DNA of 60,078 bases, the filler included, from Dirinaria sp. TL-2023a (taxonomy: Eukaryota): NCBI GenBank assembly GCA_051941275.1. It is 12 parts of 12 records of this genome, joined end to end, with 100 filler letters (N's around TTAATTAATTAA, not from the genome) between each part and the next. Parts side by side here need not be neighbours in the genome. Positions count along the whole stretch, not along the records: positions 1 to 4,956 come from JAVEBF010001749.1; positions 5,057 to 10,009 come from JAVEBF010001750.1; positions 10,110 to 15,053 come from JAVEBF010001751.1; 9 more parts are not named here. One strand, written 5' to 3'. Below, in pieces: positions 1-12,672 of this stretch. A model generated the notes under the pieces. It was given only the letters and a program-made list of their open reading frames with translations, was not told the DNA's origin and ran no database searches. Positions within the stretch are counted from its first letter, which is position 1; each line of letters opens with the position of its first letter. Both the position numbers and the translations under genes were made by a program.

Positions 1-531
1 TAAAAAAATTTTTTTTTTTCAAAAGACAGAAAGCCGCCGAGGATATATGCCGAATGTTATATTGAAAAAGAAATGAAAGCAATTTCGCGTCGCTCACAAT
101 AGCCACCCAAGCGCCTGAAAGCAACTCCCATGTTTACCAAAATAAGAGGCTTGCACTAATCATAAAATCAGGGAAAAAAGAAAAAAGAGTGATCATAAGT
201 GTTCTTTGGCACGGCCGGGTTCCTTGAGGAAGACGGCGGCGAGTGCTGCTCCTCGTAGCTTGCTGTGAAAGCCTTTTTTTCGAAACGAATGACAATAGTG
301 AGGTTGCGAAAAGACAGGTGTACAGTCGCTGAACTACAAGGGAATGTTTCCAGTCGTATACAGCGCGAGTACCAAAAAAAAAATGCCGCCCGCATGATAT
401 GCATATGACGAAAGCCTGCCGAGTATATTAGATGTACAAGAAAGTGGTCCATGTAGCGTTGAGAATTGGTTATATATTGGTGGCCATGGTGATCAGAGAG
501 CTCGTGCGCGGTTGGTAGGGTTGCAGTTGTT

Positions 532-3500
532 TCAACTGTCCATCGAGGAGAACGATTGTGCCACGTTTGTTGGCTCGAAAGCAAGTTGTCGGAGCCCTTC
601 CAATATCAGAGCATCTCTCCCGAGGGTGTCGGAGAGAGGCGCAAGGCTGCGTAAGAACGAAATTGTACGGTCGAAAAGTTGACTGAGTGTTTGGGCCGGA
701 ACGAGACTTGACAGCGTTGGAGATTTCGCCATGTGGGTTGTCGCTAGTACGACGATGTTCCCAAATTGCCTAGGTCTAGGATCAGTGGCTGTGCGACGAT
801 GTCCAGTAGCAACAGGGAAAAATTGAGGGACCTACGCATGGGCCGTGCCAAAGATGTTGGTGACAACGAGACGCCGCTTTTGAAGGATACTGTCGAAAGC
901 TACCGTGCTCTGCATCGCAGCCTCGACGCATTCCTTGCAGGATTCAAGGATTTCGCTCTTTTGCGTCTGAGCAGCCGTATGTGGGGGAAGCATGACCGTG
1001 CTCTTACGGTCCATCGCTTGACTGACGGCGTTCTGATTATCTGTGTCGAAAACAATCTCGTTGTCAAGCGCGTATCTAAGGAAGGGCCGATGAATTATGT
1101 ATTTGGCTCCGTAATATTTCGCTCGTAGTCGAGCATCATTTATGTGTGTGGCGAGTGCCTCGTCGTCCGCCCATTTCAATTCTGGAGGCAATGCATTTCT
1201 CCATTCAGCCAGGCCGGCCACGAAAGCATTCCGCAGGGCGAATCCACGTGTTGCACGTTCTAAGTCTTTGCCGGAGATGGTCAGTTCACACCTCACAGAA
1301 TCTATGGAAGAAAGACTTACTTGCTGGCGCATACAGATCATTCTGGATCGTGTTGAGGGTGTTGCGAATGTGAATCTGTCCCGAATAATAGCCCATAATC
1401 TTCTTATCCGAATCCCAGTGGTGGTAATCTCCTGGCTTTGCATCGTTGGGATACTTGACTTCAGTAATATCTTGGATACCGCTTCGAGGAAGGTCCAATT
1501 CCGCAAGGATGTCGCTGTAATGTGTCACTCCTGCACTTTTGCTTCCAAGAAACATGGATGCCATATTTCTTACCTTTCTAACTGTAGACATGTCCAGAAA
1601 GCAAACTTTATCATATTTTTCCTCGGGTCCTTCTCCTTACGGAGATGTGGGCTGCGCTATGTTAGTTTTGATTGGAGACTGGTTTTGCACGTGCTTACTC
1701 TCGGACAAGGAAACGGCATGCGATGCAAGCTGAGGATATCCAGTTGAAGCTCTCCCAAGGCCGGGCCAATTGACCGGTAAAGAGGCCAGCGAGCAGAAAA
1801 GCCTGGACATGGGCAAGATCGTTACTGCCATGCAGGTTGCCCAGAATATCTGTTGCAGGTGCATAGTACGACAGGCCGGGAATAATATCTACGTTTCGTG
1901 GCTGGATTACAGGGTCTTCGGTATTCGACCTAGGACTAGGCAGACTGTTGCGATAAAAGTTCGCCGGCGATGGAGCAGACGTACCGGCCATCGTTCGAGC
2001 GGACAACGGAGGCGATATATGAAGAGCGTTGGGTGGAGGTGACTGCGTGCTGCTATTGATTGGAGATTGATATTGAGAGCCCAAAGGTGGATTTCTTCTA
2101 ACTTCGTACTTCGCCTCTCGCGGCACACCCGGCAAACTGTCTTTCCATTCGCAAATTCTCCCCAGAGCCATGACGAGGAGGACAATTGCCGTCGATATAG
2201 AGCGCTCGAACAGGATTTCGCGCCTATGCGAGCCTGAGGCGTAGGCCGAATCCGTCGCGAAGCTCTGAGTATAGCCGTCCGACATTTTTCGTTTGCCTAC
2301 TGTAGCCGCGCCCCGAAGTACATCAACACCAGCGCTGCTCGGAGGCGGTGAGAACAACGACTTAGTTAATCTTTGCTCTGTCGGATTATAACGCGCCGAA
2401 AATCTTTCAATCATGCGCGTCAAGCGGGTTTTGTCGAGAAAAGGATGCATGACATGGATGTTGTCGAGGTAGCTATCGAGTAGTCGCCTCAGCGTCATAG
2501 GATGAATGTTCAAGGAAAAGTCGAAATTCAATTCACTCTCGGAATAAGGTGGACTTGGAGTAGTGACTGGAGGTATAAACCCGTAGCCCCAGATGCCCTC
2601 AGGCGGAGTGCTGACAGTATTCGGACTGGGCGCATCACTGCCTTCGTCACCACGTCCGCTGCTTGGGCTGCCGGAATGTTGAGATGAATTGTGACTAGAA
2701 TGTGGAGCGGGACTGTTCTGACCCGGTTCCCCACCGTCTCCATAATCTCGCCCTTCACCTACCCCGTACACACGTAAGGTACCCCTGCATTCTTCCTGTT
2801 GCATGACATAGTCCTCATTGGCCGCTATTTTCCGCAATGTCGGCTGCTTCTGAACGAGTCGCCTAATTGATGGCCAGGAAAGGAGTCTGTGAGCTGCAGT
2901 AGTATGCTCGACGCGTTCATACGGGAGCATGGCGGGCATACTGGAGTCAGTCGTGGGTGCGTCCGTGCTCGCGGTGGCATGAGATCCACTTGGGCTTGCC
3001 TCTACTTTGGGTTCTCTCGAACCAACAGCCTGTGGGAGAGTGGGCGGTGGTAGCTTTTGATCCGGAGTCATTTTCCCTTTCGGGCTGTCCAGGGTGTATG
3101 ATGGACGGCTGAAGGATTTCCTCTCTTGCCCCTCAAGACTCGGCAGGCTCGCGGCGGCCTGAGGACTGCTGGAGTTCAGCAGGAGTTTCTCGATCCTCTC
3201 GATCCTCTGCATGAAGCTGTGCTGAAGGTTTTCGAATTTCTGATTCAGTCCTTCGAGCCTTTCGTCCTGTTGAGCAAGATGTAGATCTTGATTTCCTAAA
3301 TGGTCCATTATGGCTTGGTTCGCGCGGTCAGCCCTGCCATCGGTCAGCCCACGTTACAGACAAGAGGACCAGCCACAATACTTTGCCGGCGCAACGTTCT
3401 GGTAGTTACAAGGCATGTTATTCTCAACACAGAAGCTACATTTCGGTCTGCCTTCGTCACATTTTGCCTTCCTTTGCCGGCAGATATCGCAAGCCTGTCA

Positions 3501-4213
3501 ACAGCCTTGTCAGAGAGCATCCGCGTAGAATTCGACGAGCGACGCACCTGAGTGGCCCGATTCCCCTTTCTCGAACGCTGCATCATTTGATAATTGGATT
3601 GAGGCCCGTAAGGAATTCCTGGATACTGATGAGGGGTAGCATTGACCGGCGACTGGTTGTACTCGGGGCGCCCAGGTGGAAGAGTGGGCGGATGTTCTGG
3701 ATATGTGGACATTGGAAGACCATGGTGCGGAGTGCCATTCATAGAACCGTCGTGGTTTGGGTATCCCACCGCATGGCCGGCTGAGTCGGTGGCATAAGTA
3801 GCGGGAGGATAATGCCCATCATTTGTCCCTGCATTACTATTCAACGGACGCGCGCTGGCGTAATGCTGGTAATTGTCAGGAGATCGTGTGGTCCCCGAAG
3901 TGCTGCCTCGTCTGGAGTAGCTGGCTTCTGGAGCATAATGCCGTTGATCGCGTGCTGGGGTATTGTGACCGGATTGAGAATGAGTGTAACCGGTAGGATC
4001 GGGCAGCGCTCGGCTATGGTCAGGAATCCCAGCTTCGTAGTACGGCGAGGGTGGCGGTGGTTGACCACTGGGGGGGTAATGGTTCCGTGGTGGCAGAGAA
4101 TACGGGGAGTGACCGTGCGACGGCGCAATGGAGGTATATTGCGGCCCTCGATGCGAGCCATCGTTATATGTATCCAGACGCGGTCGTTTCGCCTCGGGAC
4201 CTTGAGCCTCCAT
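532..4213 (-). CDS. Zn(II)2Cys6 fungal transcription factor, multi-exon (resembles the OefC/EBR1-type family)
   Basis: Pro/Tyr-rich exon 1 from ATG 4213, then GT-AG intron 3547-3495. The next exon encodes ACDICRQRKAKCDEGRPKCSFCVENNMPC, a canonical binuclear cluster. Later exons give YLDNIHVMHPFLD, ARLRAKYYGAKYIIHRPF and VTNIFGTAHAQFGN. Stop at 532. Subfamily is from memory of motifs. Confidence 0.9.
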
Positions 4214-4806
4214 CGATCCGGCTCTCAGACTTGCTCAAATCCATCTGCTCAGCCAGCGGGCCATATGACGCTTGCCTTTCTCTTCTTTCGAAAAGCTTGT
4301 ATGCTACGCTCCCCAGACGCCGCGTAGAGTTTGCATCCACGAGAGCATTGGCGCTGTCACAATAATACGGTGGTCGGGAACAGACGAGGGCGAGGCGAGA
4401 CGCAAAAACGGCTTCTCGCAGATTTGCTGCTATGCGGACAAGCAAGCCAGCCCTTTACGAATGTGGTCAGCAAGCGCGCCGAGTAACCGAGCAATTGGGG
4501 CGATTCGGTTGGACTGGATTGATTGGGGTTTGAAGGCAGAATAGCTGCGCGACCAAGCCCGAGTGATGCACTGGCTGCAATGACGAGGGGAATATCTGAA
4601 CGGGGCGTAGTCTGGGGTCTCCAAATATGCTGGGGGGAGGGGGGGGAAGGAGCCAAATAGCGGTAAGCTTCTGGATTATGATATGTGCAGGTGATGAGGG
4701 GCTGCAGCAACCGACTTTTTTTCGAAGGGACGAATAGGTCCGCAGGGCTTCTTTTTTTTCCCTCCAGAGATGAGAGGTCGCTATTTGCTTTCGCTCGATC
4801 CACCCT

Positions 4807-4858
4807 GCAGCAGCAGGAGCAGCAGTAGTAGCAGCAGCAGCAGCAGCAGCAGCAGCAA
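4807..4858. repeat. Imperfect (GCA)n microsatellite upstream of the Zn2Cys6 gene
   Basis: gcagcagcaggagcagcagtagtagcagcagcagcag... read directly. Confidence 0.9.
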
Positions 4859-4956
4859 CTTGGTGCTGCAACTTGCGACTTGTCGCGAAAAGAGCAATAT
4901 AGTATAATATATTAGCAACTAGCCAGTGGACGTTGGACAGCGAGATGCCCTAGAGA

Positions 4957-5056
4957 NNNNNNNNNNNNNNNNNNNNNNNNNNNNNNNNNNNNNNNNNNNN
5001 TTAATTAATTAANNNNNNNNNNNNNNNNNNNNNNNNNNNNNNNNNNNNNNNNNNNN
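4957..5056. other. Artificial contig linker
   Basis: N44-TTAATTAATTAA-N44 (stops in all six frames). Confidence 0.99.
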
Positions 5057-6016
5057 CTCATCCGCTCTAGATCTATCTTCACAGCACATCTACGTTTTCT
5101 CCGGCACTCTTCCCCTCCTTCCTTCCATACTCTATCAATGGAATCAAAACCTTGAGTTCGACGCACGGAACTATTCATACCCTCGATGAAAAACTCAATC
5201 GCATCGCATATCACCGCACGTCAATTCCATACATTCACATTCCAAATTTGAAAAAACACTTCTATCATCGAATTTCAGAAGACTAGCATGAATAATTCTA
5301 ACACCAGGTTATTAGCTCCGACTCTCTTCTTGACGCGGGATTTTTTGGAATACGAGCGAAGGCTTAGGCATGACATATCTTTTATGTATAGATCTTATAT
5401 GGATATATTGTTTCTAGGGGATTGTTCCCTTTCCCCTCTTCTCCCCTATATGCTTCTTCTTAGTCTCTTCATCGGGCAAAAGGAGTGGGAAAGAGTGGCT
5501 TGTATTTAAATATCATCTCTCTATCAACATGAAAAAAAAAAAGGCTGCTAGCTCCATATATCTACATACCTTCCTCCCTTACCTTACTCAAAAATCTCCC
5601 CCTTTCAATTCAATTTCAAATTCAAATTCAATCAAAACCAAGTAAATTAGGCTTTGTAACTCTTTCAGAAACATAAAAAAAAAAAAAAAAAAAAAAACGT
5701 GTCGATATCATTCCGATAACTTACGATTACTGAACCCGTGGTTATTTGATTGTGTGATTGGAGCTACCCTCCTTCGTTTTCCTTTGGATTGAGATTCTTT
5801 TGCTTACTTTTTCGTTGAGGAATTCAAAGGGGGGGCGTGTGTTTAGTATAGCATAAGGTATCTATTTTCGAATTGTGATGCTTCACTACCTAGTATTAGG
5901 AATTTGTCACAGCTTGATTAATGAGATCGTAAACAAACGTGTTTAAATAATCCATCTATTGATTCCATCTGATCATCGTACATTGTACACACCTCCCTCT
6001 CTCTCTCCCGCTCATA

Positions 6017-7954
6017 TCAAACCACCTTCTCCACCTCCGCGACCAACTTCCGAATCTCCTCCCCCCTATCTTTCCTAACCGCCGCAACAACCCCCGGCGC
6101 GCCTAACGCCTCACACAGATCCACCAGCTCCCCTCCCTGCGGCGCGCCATACGCCAACAACCCAACAGCAAGCAACAGCCCTTTCAACCCATCCTCACCT
6201 TCCCTCCCAACGGCCTCCAGTAAACCGGCCATGAGCTCCACCTGCGCGCTTTCGGGGAGCAGATCTTCTTCCTGTTCGAGTCTGGGAGCGTGGTTCGCGG
6301 CCGCAAGGTTGAATGCCAGGGATGCGGCGGCGGCGCGGATGGGAGCGTGGGCCGTGTCGAGGAGGGAGCTGGTTATGAGCTGGATTAGAATGTTGGAGAA
6401 GGAGGGGGATGTTTTTAGGGTTTGGCGAGGGAGGAGCGGGGATGTGAAGAGGTTGCATGCCAGTTGCACGGTTACGATGCGCAGCGTGTAGGGACTGGTT
6501 GGGGAGAGGGCGGTGGAGATTAGGGTTGAGATTGTAGTTGGAGAGGAGGAGGGGGTTGGTTTTCTTTTTTCTTCTTCTTCTTCGGCGAAGAAGCCGCTTA
6601 CGCGTGCGTCGATCAGGGATAGGCGGAGGAGGTCGATGAGTGGGAAGAGGGATTCTAGCGGTAGAGATTGAACTGCGTTCTGGATGTATCTGCTGATGGT
6701 CGGTAGGGATGGTAAGGGAGCGTCAGCTGCCCCCGAGGCGTGGCGCGCAGCTACGAAGTTTTTTAGTGATATCACATCCGGGTCGTTCGCTGAGGATCCA
6801 AGTTTCGCAATTAATTTGTCTAGTGGTGGGACCTTGGCGTACGTGACCGGATGCCGGTGCTGCCTTTGCAGAGTCGGAAGCCGGAGCTTCGTGTGCGGAT
6901 GAGGCGGATGCGCCATTTGCAGCAGCAAACGAATGTTGCCCCTCAACTGACTCTCGTTCGCGCCAGACCATTCGGACTCCTTTTCGCCGCGGAGGAAAGT
7001 TATGAACGTCGGCGTCACGCGGATTTGATACCTCGAGCCGATCTCGTAGGCTTGGCTGATGTCGACTTTGATCAGGACCGCTTTCGCACCGGCTTCTGCT
7101 GCTAGCTCGTCGTAGGCTGGGTAGACCATCTTGCATGGTGGGCAGGTGGCGGATGTGAAGAATATGACGGCGCAGGAAGTTTTGGCTGAGTCTAACAGTG
7201 CCTCTAGATTTCGGAGTTGTGTTACGTTGTGCACTTTTCCGACTGCCTGTTCTTCTGCTGCCGCTGCAGTCGCACCATTTATCCTTGTGGCAGAAGCTGC
7301 CGACGATCCATTGAGATTTCTATTTGATTGCGCGCCCGAGCGAGGAACTGGTGCAGAGGCCACTGGGGCCTGGGTAATACCACGCATTGCTTGGTCGAGC
7401 TGGGGCTTCAGCATCTGCCCAAAAGGGGTGTTTAAGACCGTCTGCGGCAGAGAGGTGATATGGCTGGGGATGTTCTTGCCCACAAGGAACATGGCGAAGT
7501 CATTGGAGAAGTTGTTGCAGTTGTGGATGAACAGGTCGTAAGACTAACACGGGCTGTCAGCATTACTCTGATGATTGACATTCCAACCATCCATTCTGCT
7601 CTCCTGACACCGTACCTCGGCTGTGTAAACCTCCTTCAGACTCTCCAGGTACTCGAGGATGACCTCCAAGGGAAGATCGGTCTTCCCCATGGGTATGATC
7701 TCCATGGGTCGGCCATGATGGGTGGCTCCGGGATACGTCGTCTGCACGCCTGCGCCGAAGAAGTATTCTATCCCCCCGAAAACGATGGCTGTATGGTAGA
7801 CGGCATCGATGTGGACACCGAGAAAGCCAGCAGACATCTGCCTAGCCAGGCCCTATAGGTTTTTTTTCCGTCAGCGGTCTCGAACCTGAGAGATGTGGCG
7901 ACCTGCTAAGAGGCGCACCTTGGAGAGGTCATAGACATACAGCTCGACGTCCAT
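6017..7954 (-). CDS. PPPDE/DESI peptidase - thioredoxin - PUL domain protein
   Basis: ATG 7954 [12 protein letters not shown]. Spliced exons give [19 protein letters not shown] (catalytic His) and [13 protein letters not shown] (catalytic Cys). Then thioredoxin [10 protein letters not shown] and a helical PUL-like C-terminus ([19 protein letters not shown]). Confidence 0.9.
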
Positions 7955-10009
7955 CGTGGAATATCCTGATCCGTAGGTAGTTGGTACTGTAGATATACTA
8001 TTGTAGGTATATATGATGCTGCCTAAGGTACCGAGGCGTTCGAAGATACATGGATGCTTACGTAATGGGCTACGGCGATGCTGACTCATCAAATCCGGCT
8101 GGCTCGAGGGTGAAAAACGATAATTGATTAAAAGTGAGATTGATATGTGATGACAGCATCCGCGATAGTAAACAGCATGTCTCCCAACAGATGGCTAGCT
8201 GTGGCTGAGATCGTTGTTTCGTGGTAGGCCAAAGTCAACTGCGTACTCTAAGCGGTCGCTTTGTCTTTCTGTTCATTACTGCAATAGCACGAGTAGAAGC
8301 ACTTTTCCTGATACTCGCCCCATCACTTCGCCCAGCAGAGGCCGGCTGGAGCTACCACTATTTGTTCTTGTGGCGGGAGAGCAAGCCAGAATGTTCCATT
8401 TTAGCCTCGAACTTGTGCGCAGCGCGTACCTTATGGCTGCTCTCTGCATGTGCTTTTCAACCGCTTTCCCGTAGTTCGATGGCGGGCGTTCATTCTCTGC
8501 AGCGTTTGGCATTTAGATGGAAGGTCAGTCTTTTCTCCGATTGATTTTGATGCCTTCTTTGATACAAACGGCTTCGAGATCGAGGCTTGGCCCTTCGAGA
8601 AACTTCTTCTTTTCTATCCTCGCCGCAAGACGTCGTACTTGATATCAGTGGCGCTCTAATCTCATGTCCTGATGCTCTGCACTGCTTTCCGCCTATTACC
8701 ATCTGCGCTCGCTCCAATACAAATGATCTATGAGAGAACAGATTTGCACGCCCGTTGAAATAATATCAGGCCGGCATAAATATCCCTACCTACTCTGGTC
8801 ATCCCGCACATCCCCAAAAATACATCCACGGAAACGGAGGGTACAGCTATGGAAACCCTGCTCATAATAATTGATAACTTGCGAATTGCGAGTTGCTCTC
8901 TATCAAACGCTCGCTGCGTGAAAACTGGAGTAGTCGAAGATGAAATTGTCATAATCTAAGATAAGTTTGCCGTCTCTATGGTGACAGGAATCATGGAATC
9001 AACTCGGAAATAAATTCCTGCCAATTCTACGAATTAATCCCTGATTTCTAGTAAATAGTTGGCAAAAGCATGGCTCAGCGTATTAGTTGGTAAGCACAAT
9101 ACAAGTAATGAGCATGCATTTCATATTTCTGCTTACTACCAAGCTTCCTAATGAGGAATAAGGTTGCCATATAAGAGAGAGAACAATCATTAAGAATTAT
9201 CACTTCGAGAACTAACTGATTAGTAATGATTTATTCTGCAGCTTCAGAAAATCGTCGACATTATCGATAGTCTCACGTGATCATCACAACGTCAACTGAA
9301 TCATTTAAATCACTCGAATATGTGCTTTTCATCGGCTCCACGCTCTGACTTCGTCTGCTTACAAGAAATCAAAAGAAACCCCCAAAGCTTAGCACTGCTT
9401 GTCCGACACGATATATGCTGCCCGCGATGCCACTGAATTCACAGTTACTTCTTGGCTTTCTCCGCTGTTTTCTGCCAATAAGCGTTTTGTACATTTAACG
9501 ATTTATGCTCGAATGTAGATCCCTCGCATTTGTGATAAGGAGAAAATTACTAGATCGGTCGTACGTAACAGATATTGATCACGAGAATTAAGATTGTTGG
9601 ACATAAGAGTACTGAATAAGGGCGGCAGTGATCAAGGGGCGAAACAAAGCCTTTGTCCACCACATTTCGAACAACTCCTTCGTGTTAAAAAAAATCTGCA
9701 GCGACCATGCTACACTTCATAAACCAAAGGCATTGTCCCCGATGTCCTTATATACCCTTTTTGAATCCGAAATACTCTCCACCACATCCTGGTTTCTCGA
9801 GCCAACGTTCGCTGATCTGAAATCTAATCCTGAGGTACAAGTACCACCAAAAGAACAACAAATAAAGGAGGGAGAAAAGCCTAAAACCCCAGGCAATCAA
9901 ACACAACCCAAAAAAGACTATGTCCCCCTTCGCCCAATTCTGGGGCCTCATGGGAATTCTGCTCGCTTTGGCCACCACGGTCGTGGTCGTAGGAATACTA
10001 TATTATTCC

Positions 10010-10109
10010 NNNNNNNNNNNNNNNNNNNNNNNNNNNNNNNNNNNNNNNNNNNNTTAATTAATTAANNNNNNNNNNNNNNNNNNNNNNNNNNNNNNNNNNN
10101 NNNNNNNNN
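10010..10109. other. Artificial contig linker
   Basis: N44-TTAATTAATTAA-N44. Confidence 0.99.
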
Positions 10110-10316
10110 CTCCAGTTGTCGGAGATCAATAAGAGCGTGTTTCTGTACGGGTGGCAGGAAGGGTATACGACCGTGAGCAGTAACCGGGCTGTGGCGAAGG
10201 CGATCGAGGCTGTGTTTGAGGAGCAAATGAGTGAGGAGGAGGTGGTGGTAGGGCCTGATGTGCGGTTGGTGGGCACGGCGAGGAGTTTGGTCGGGAAGGA
10301 AAAGGGGAGGGGATGA
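10110..10316 (+). CDS. 3' fragment of an unidentified protein (truncated by contig start)
   Basis: Open frame from the contig edge to TGA with protein-like composition (..SVFLYGWQEGYTTVSSNRAVAKAIEAVFEE..). Family not recognised. Confidence 0.45.
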   Translation, partial: LQLSEINKSVFLYGWQEGYTTVSSNRAVAKAIEAVFEEQMSEEEVVVGPDVRLVGTARSLVGKEKGRG

Positions 10317-10740
10317 AGTGAAGGAAGGACATTGGTTTACTACCACCATAGGGTGAATTGAAAATAAACCCGCTTCCATGGCAAGAAATCGTTTTTACAT
10401 ACGCCGCACTGCGAACGAGGGTTGAGATGGGGAGGTGATGACTGGGGAATTCGCAACAATTTACAAACACGATGCAGAAAGGGGGCGGGGTTAATAGATA
10501 AGTACTTAATGATTTGCTAATCGCTCTTCAGTGGTTAATGTATCCTGCCACATCACCATCTGAAAGAGGGTTTTCCAAACGCCAGTGAAATGCTTCTCAG
10601 GGGCGCTTGTGCCTGCCTGCCTGCCATGAAGAAGAAAAAACAAAACAAAACCCAGGGAAATATGCATGCATGCATGATGATACAAGCTTTCTCAGACAAC
10701 CCGGCGGATCCCCATGCCCAGAAACTTCCCAGTCACATCT

Positions 10741-12167
10741 CTAAAAGTCCTCATCGAACGAGAAATCGCCTCCGTTCTCGTGCTTTTTCTCCGCTTCATC
10801 CACGTTCTTCTTGGTGCTGGCCATGACGCCCGACTTCTGGTAGTCACCGACCCGTTTCTCGAAGAAGTTCGTCTTGCCCGCGAGGGAGATGGACTCCATG
10901 AAGTCGAACGGGTTGGCGGAATTGTAGTACTTCTGGTTGCCGAGAGCGACCAGGAGGCGATCAGCCACGAACTCGATGTACTGCTTCATCAGCGTCGCGT
11001 TCATGCCGAGCAGAGCGCAGGGAAGCGCGTCCGTCAGGAACTCTTGCTCGATCGTCACGGCTTCCGTGATCACGTCCTGGACAGCCTGCTTGCTGGGCCG
11101 GTTCTTGAGATGCGAGAAGAGCAGGCAAGCAAAGTCTGTATGAAGACCTTCGTCACGGGAAATGAGCTCGTTCGAGAAGGTGAGGCCGGGCATCAATCCT
11201 CGCTTCTTGAGCCAGAAGATGGATGCAAAGGAGCCGCTGAAAAAGATGCCCTCGACTGCGGCGAAGGCTACGAGGCGTTGAGCGAAGGTGGAGCTCTTGT
11301 CTTGGATCCACTTGATAGCCCAATCGGCTTTCTTACGGATGCAAGGGACTAAAGACGTGTCAGTGCCGTGTTTTATTTTGTGGATGAGGATACTGACTGG
11401 TGTCAATGGCATCGAAGAGGTATGTACGTTGCTTCTGCTCCTTGATGTAGGTATCGATGAGGAGGGAGTACATCTCTGAATGGATGTTCTCCATCATGAT
11501 CTGAAAACCGTAGAAGCATCGAGCCTCGGGGATCTGGACTTCTCCACTGAATCGCTCGACCAGGTTCTCGTTCACAATCCCGTCAGAGGCGGCGAAGAAA
11601 GCCAGCACGTGGGAGATGAAGTATTTCTCGTCGTCGTTTAATCGGTTGTTCCAGTCATGGAGGTCTTTGGACAGATCCACTTCCTCGGCGGTCCAGAAGG
11701 ATGCTTCGGCCTTCTTGTACATTTGCCAGACCTAGAAGGAATGTTAGCTCGATTGTTGTGAAAACACTATACGCGTGACGCGTCAGACACTTACCTCGTG
11801 ATACTTGATGGGGAAGAGGACGAAGCGGTGGGGATTCTCTTGTAGAAGCGGTTCGTCGGCCTCTTCGTCTTTGATGCCGGGAGCAACAGCTGGCCTCTGT
11901 CCTTTCTCGACAACATCAACATGGGCCTTCTTCAATTCAAGGTCGTCAACCACAGGGGTGTGAGCGACGGCGTCTTCCTTCGCGTTTTCCTTGTCGATGG
12001 ATTGGAAATCAATCTTCTTCGCCGGCGAATCGCCCATTTTGAGCTTTTCGAGCCCTGAGGCAGCCTTTTCGAGAGTATTAGTATCAATGCACGCCAGCAA
12101 GGTTCAGAGCAAAGAGAGTGGCGGGGCAATGACATACGTTCTTGGAAGGAGTGGTTTGAGTAGCCAT
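10741..12167 (-). CDS. RNR2: Ribonucleoside-diphosphate reductase small (R2) subunit
   Basis: ATG 12167 [10 protein letters not shown]. Motifs [64 protein letters not shown] and C-terminal FSFDEDF. Three GT-AG introns. Confidence 0.97.
11771..11785. promoter_or_regulatory. Tandem MluI cell-cycle box (ACGCGT x2) inside RNR2 intron 2
   Basis: ACGCGTgACGCGTca lies within intron 11732-11794. Function is inferred. Confidence 0.45.
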
Positions 12168-12291
12168 TATTACTATTGAATTAGAAGAACAGACACAGGA
12201 TCAATGTTTCTTTGCAGACTTTGAATGCAGGTTATGTATCTGCTGCCACAGCTGTTGATGAGGAAAGTAGTGTGTAGACAACAAGGGAAAA

Positions 12292-12346
12292 CACGAAACA
12301 TGAAAGAGCTTTTTGAGCGCGTCTCGATGTCACGAGTCGACGCGAA
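12292..12346. promoter_or_regulatory. SCB/MCB-like G1/S elements in the RNR2 promoter
   Basis: CACGAAA at 12292, GCGCGT at 12317 and ACGCGAA at 12340, about 125-180 bp upstream of the ATG. Confidence 0.5.
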
Positions 12347-12672
12347 GTGCGGCAGCTAACCATTTCCGTCATAATGAGCGCCGCTGACTAATCACATCTC
12401 GATTCCATCTCGTGATCTTCTGCTTGATCGGAATCTACATTACTTTTTGTTCACGACGAGGGATCCGCTCAGGCAAGTGAGAGGTTACATTATCTCCGAA
12501 CAAGGCCCGAAAGGCAAGAGGCAAATAGATGTTTGTCTGCTCCTCCAAATCGCTACATAGGTACAAGCACAGCAATCACAGCAACGAAATTGCAAGCAAA
12601 CACACCGTCAATCACCAGCAATAAATTGCGAGACATGATTAGATACTTTATATGGGACCCATTTCCCACTAT

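Noticed and set aside
5001..5012. TTAATTAATTAA recurring every ~5 kb as a biological periodic element
   Set aside because: Always centred in N44 flanks; it is a synthetic six-frame-stop linker.
8214..10009. Short ORFs upstream of the PPPDE gene and at the contig end
   Set aside because: No recognisable motif or consistent exon chain; cannot support a call.
10714..11352. 212-aa plus-strand ORF, and similar long antisense ORFs over VPS4, the Zn2Cys6 gene and the TPR gene
   Set aside because: Antisense shadows of codon-biased conserved genes.
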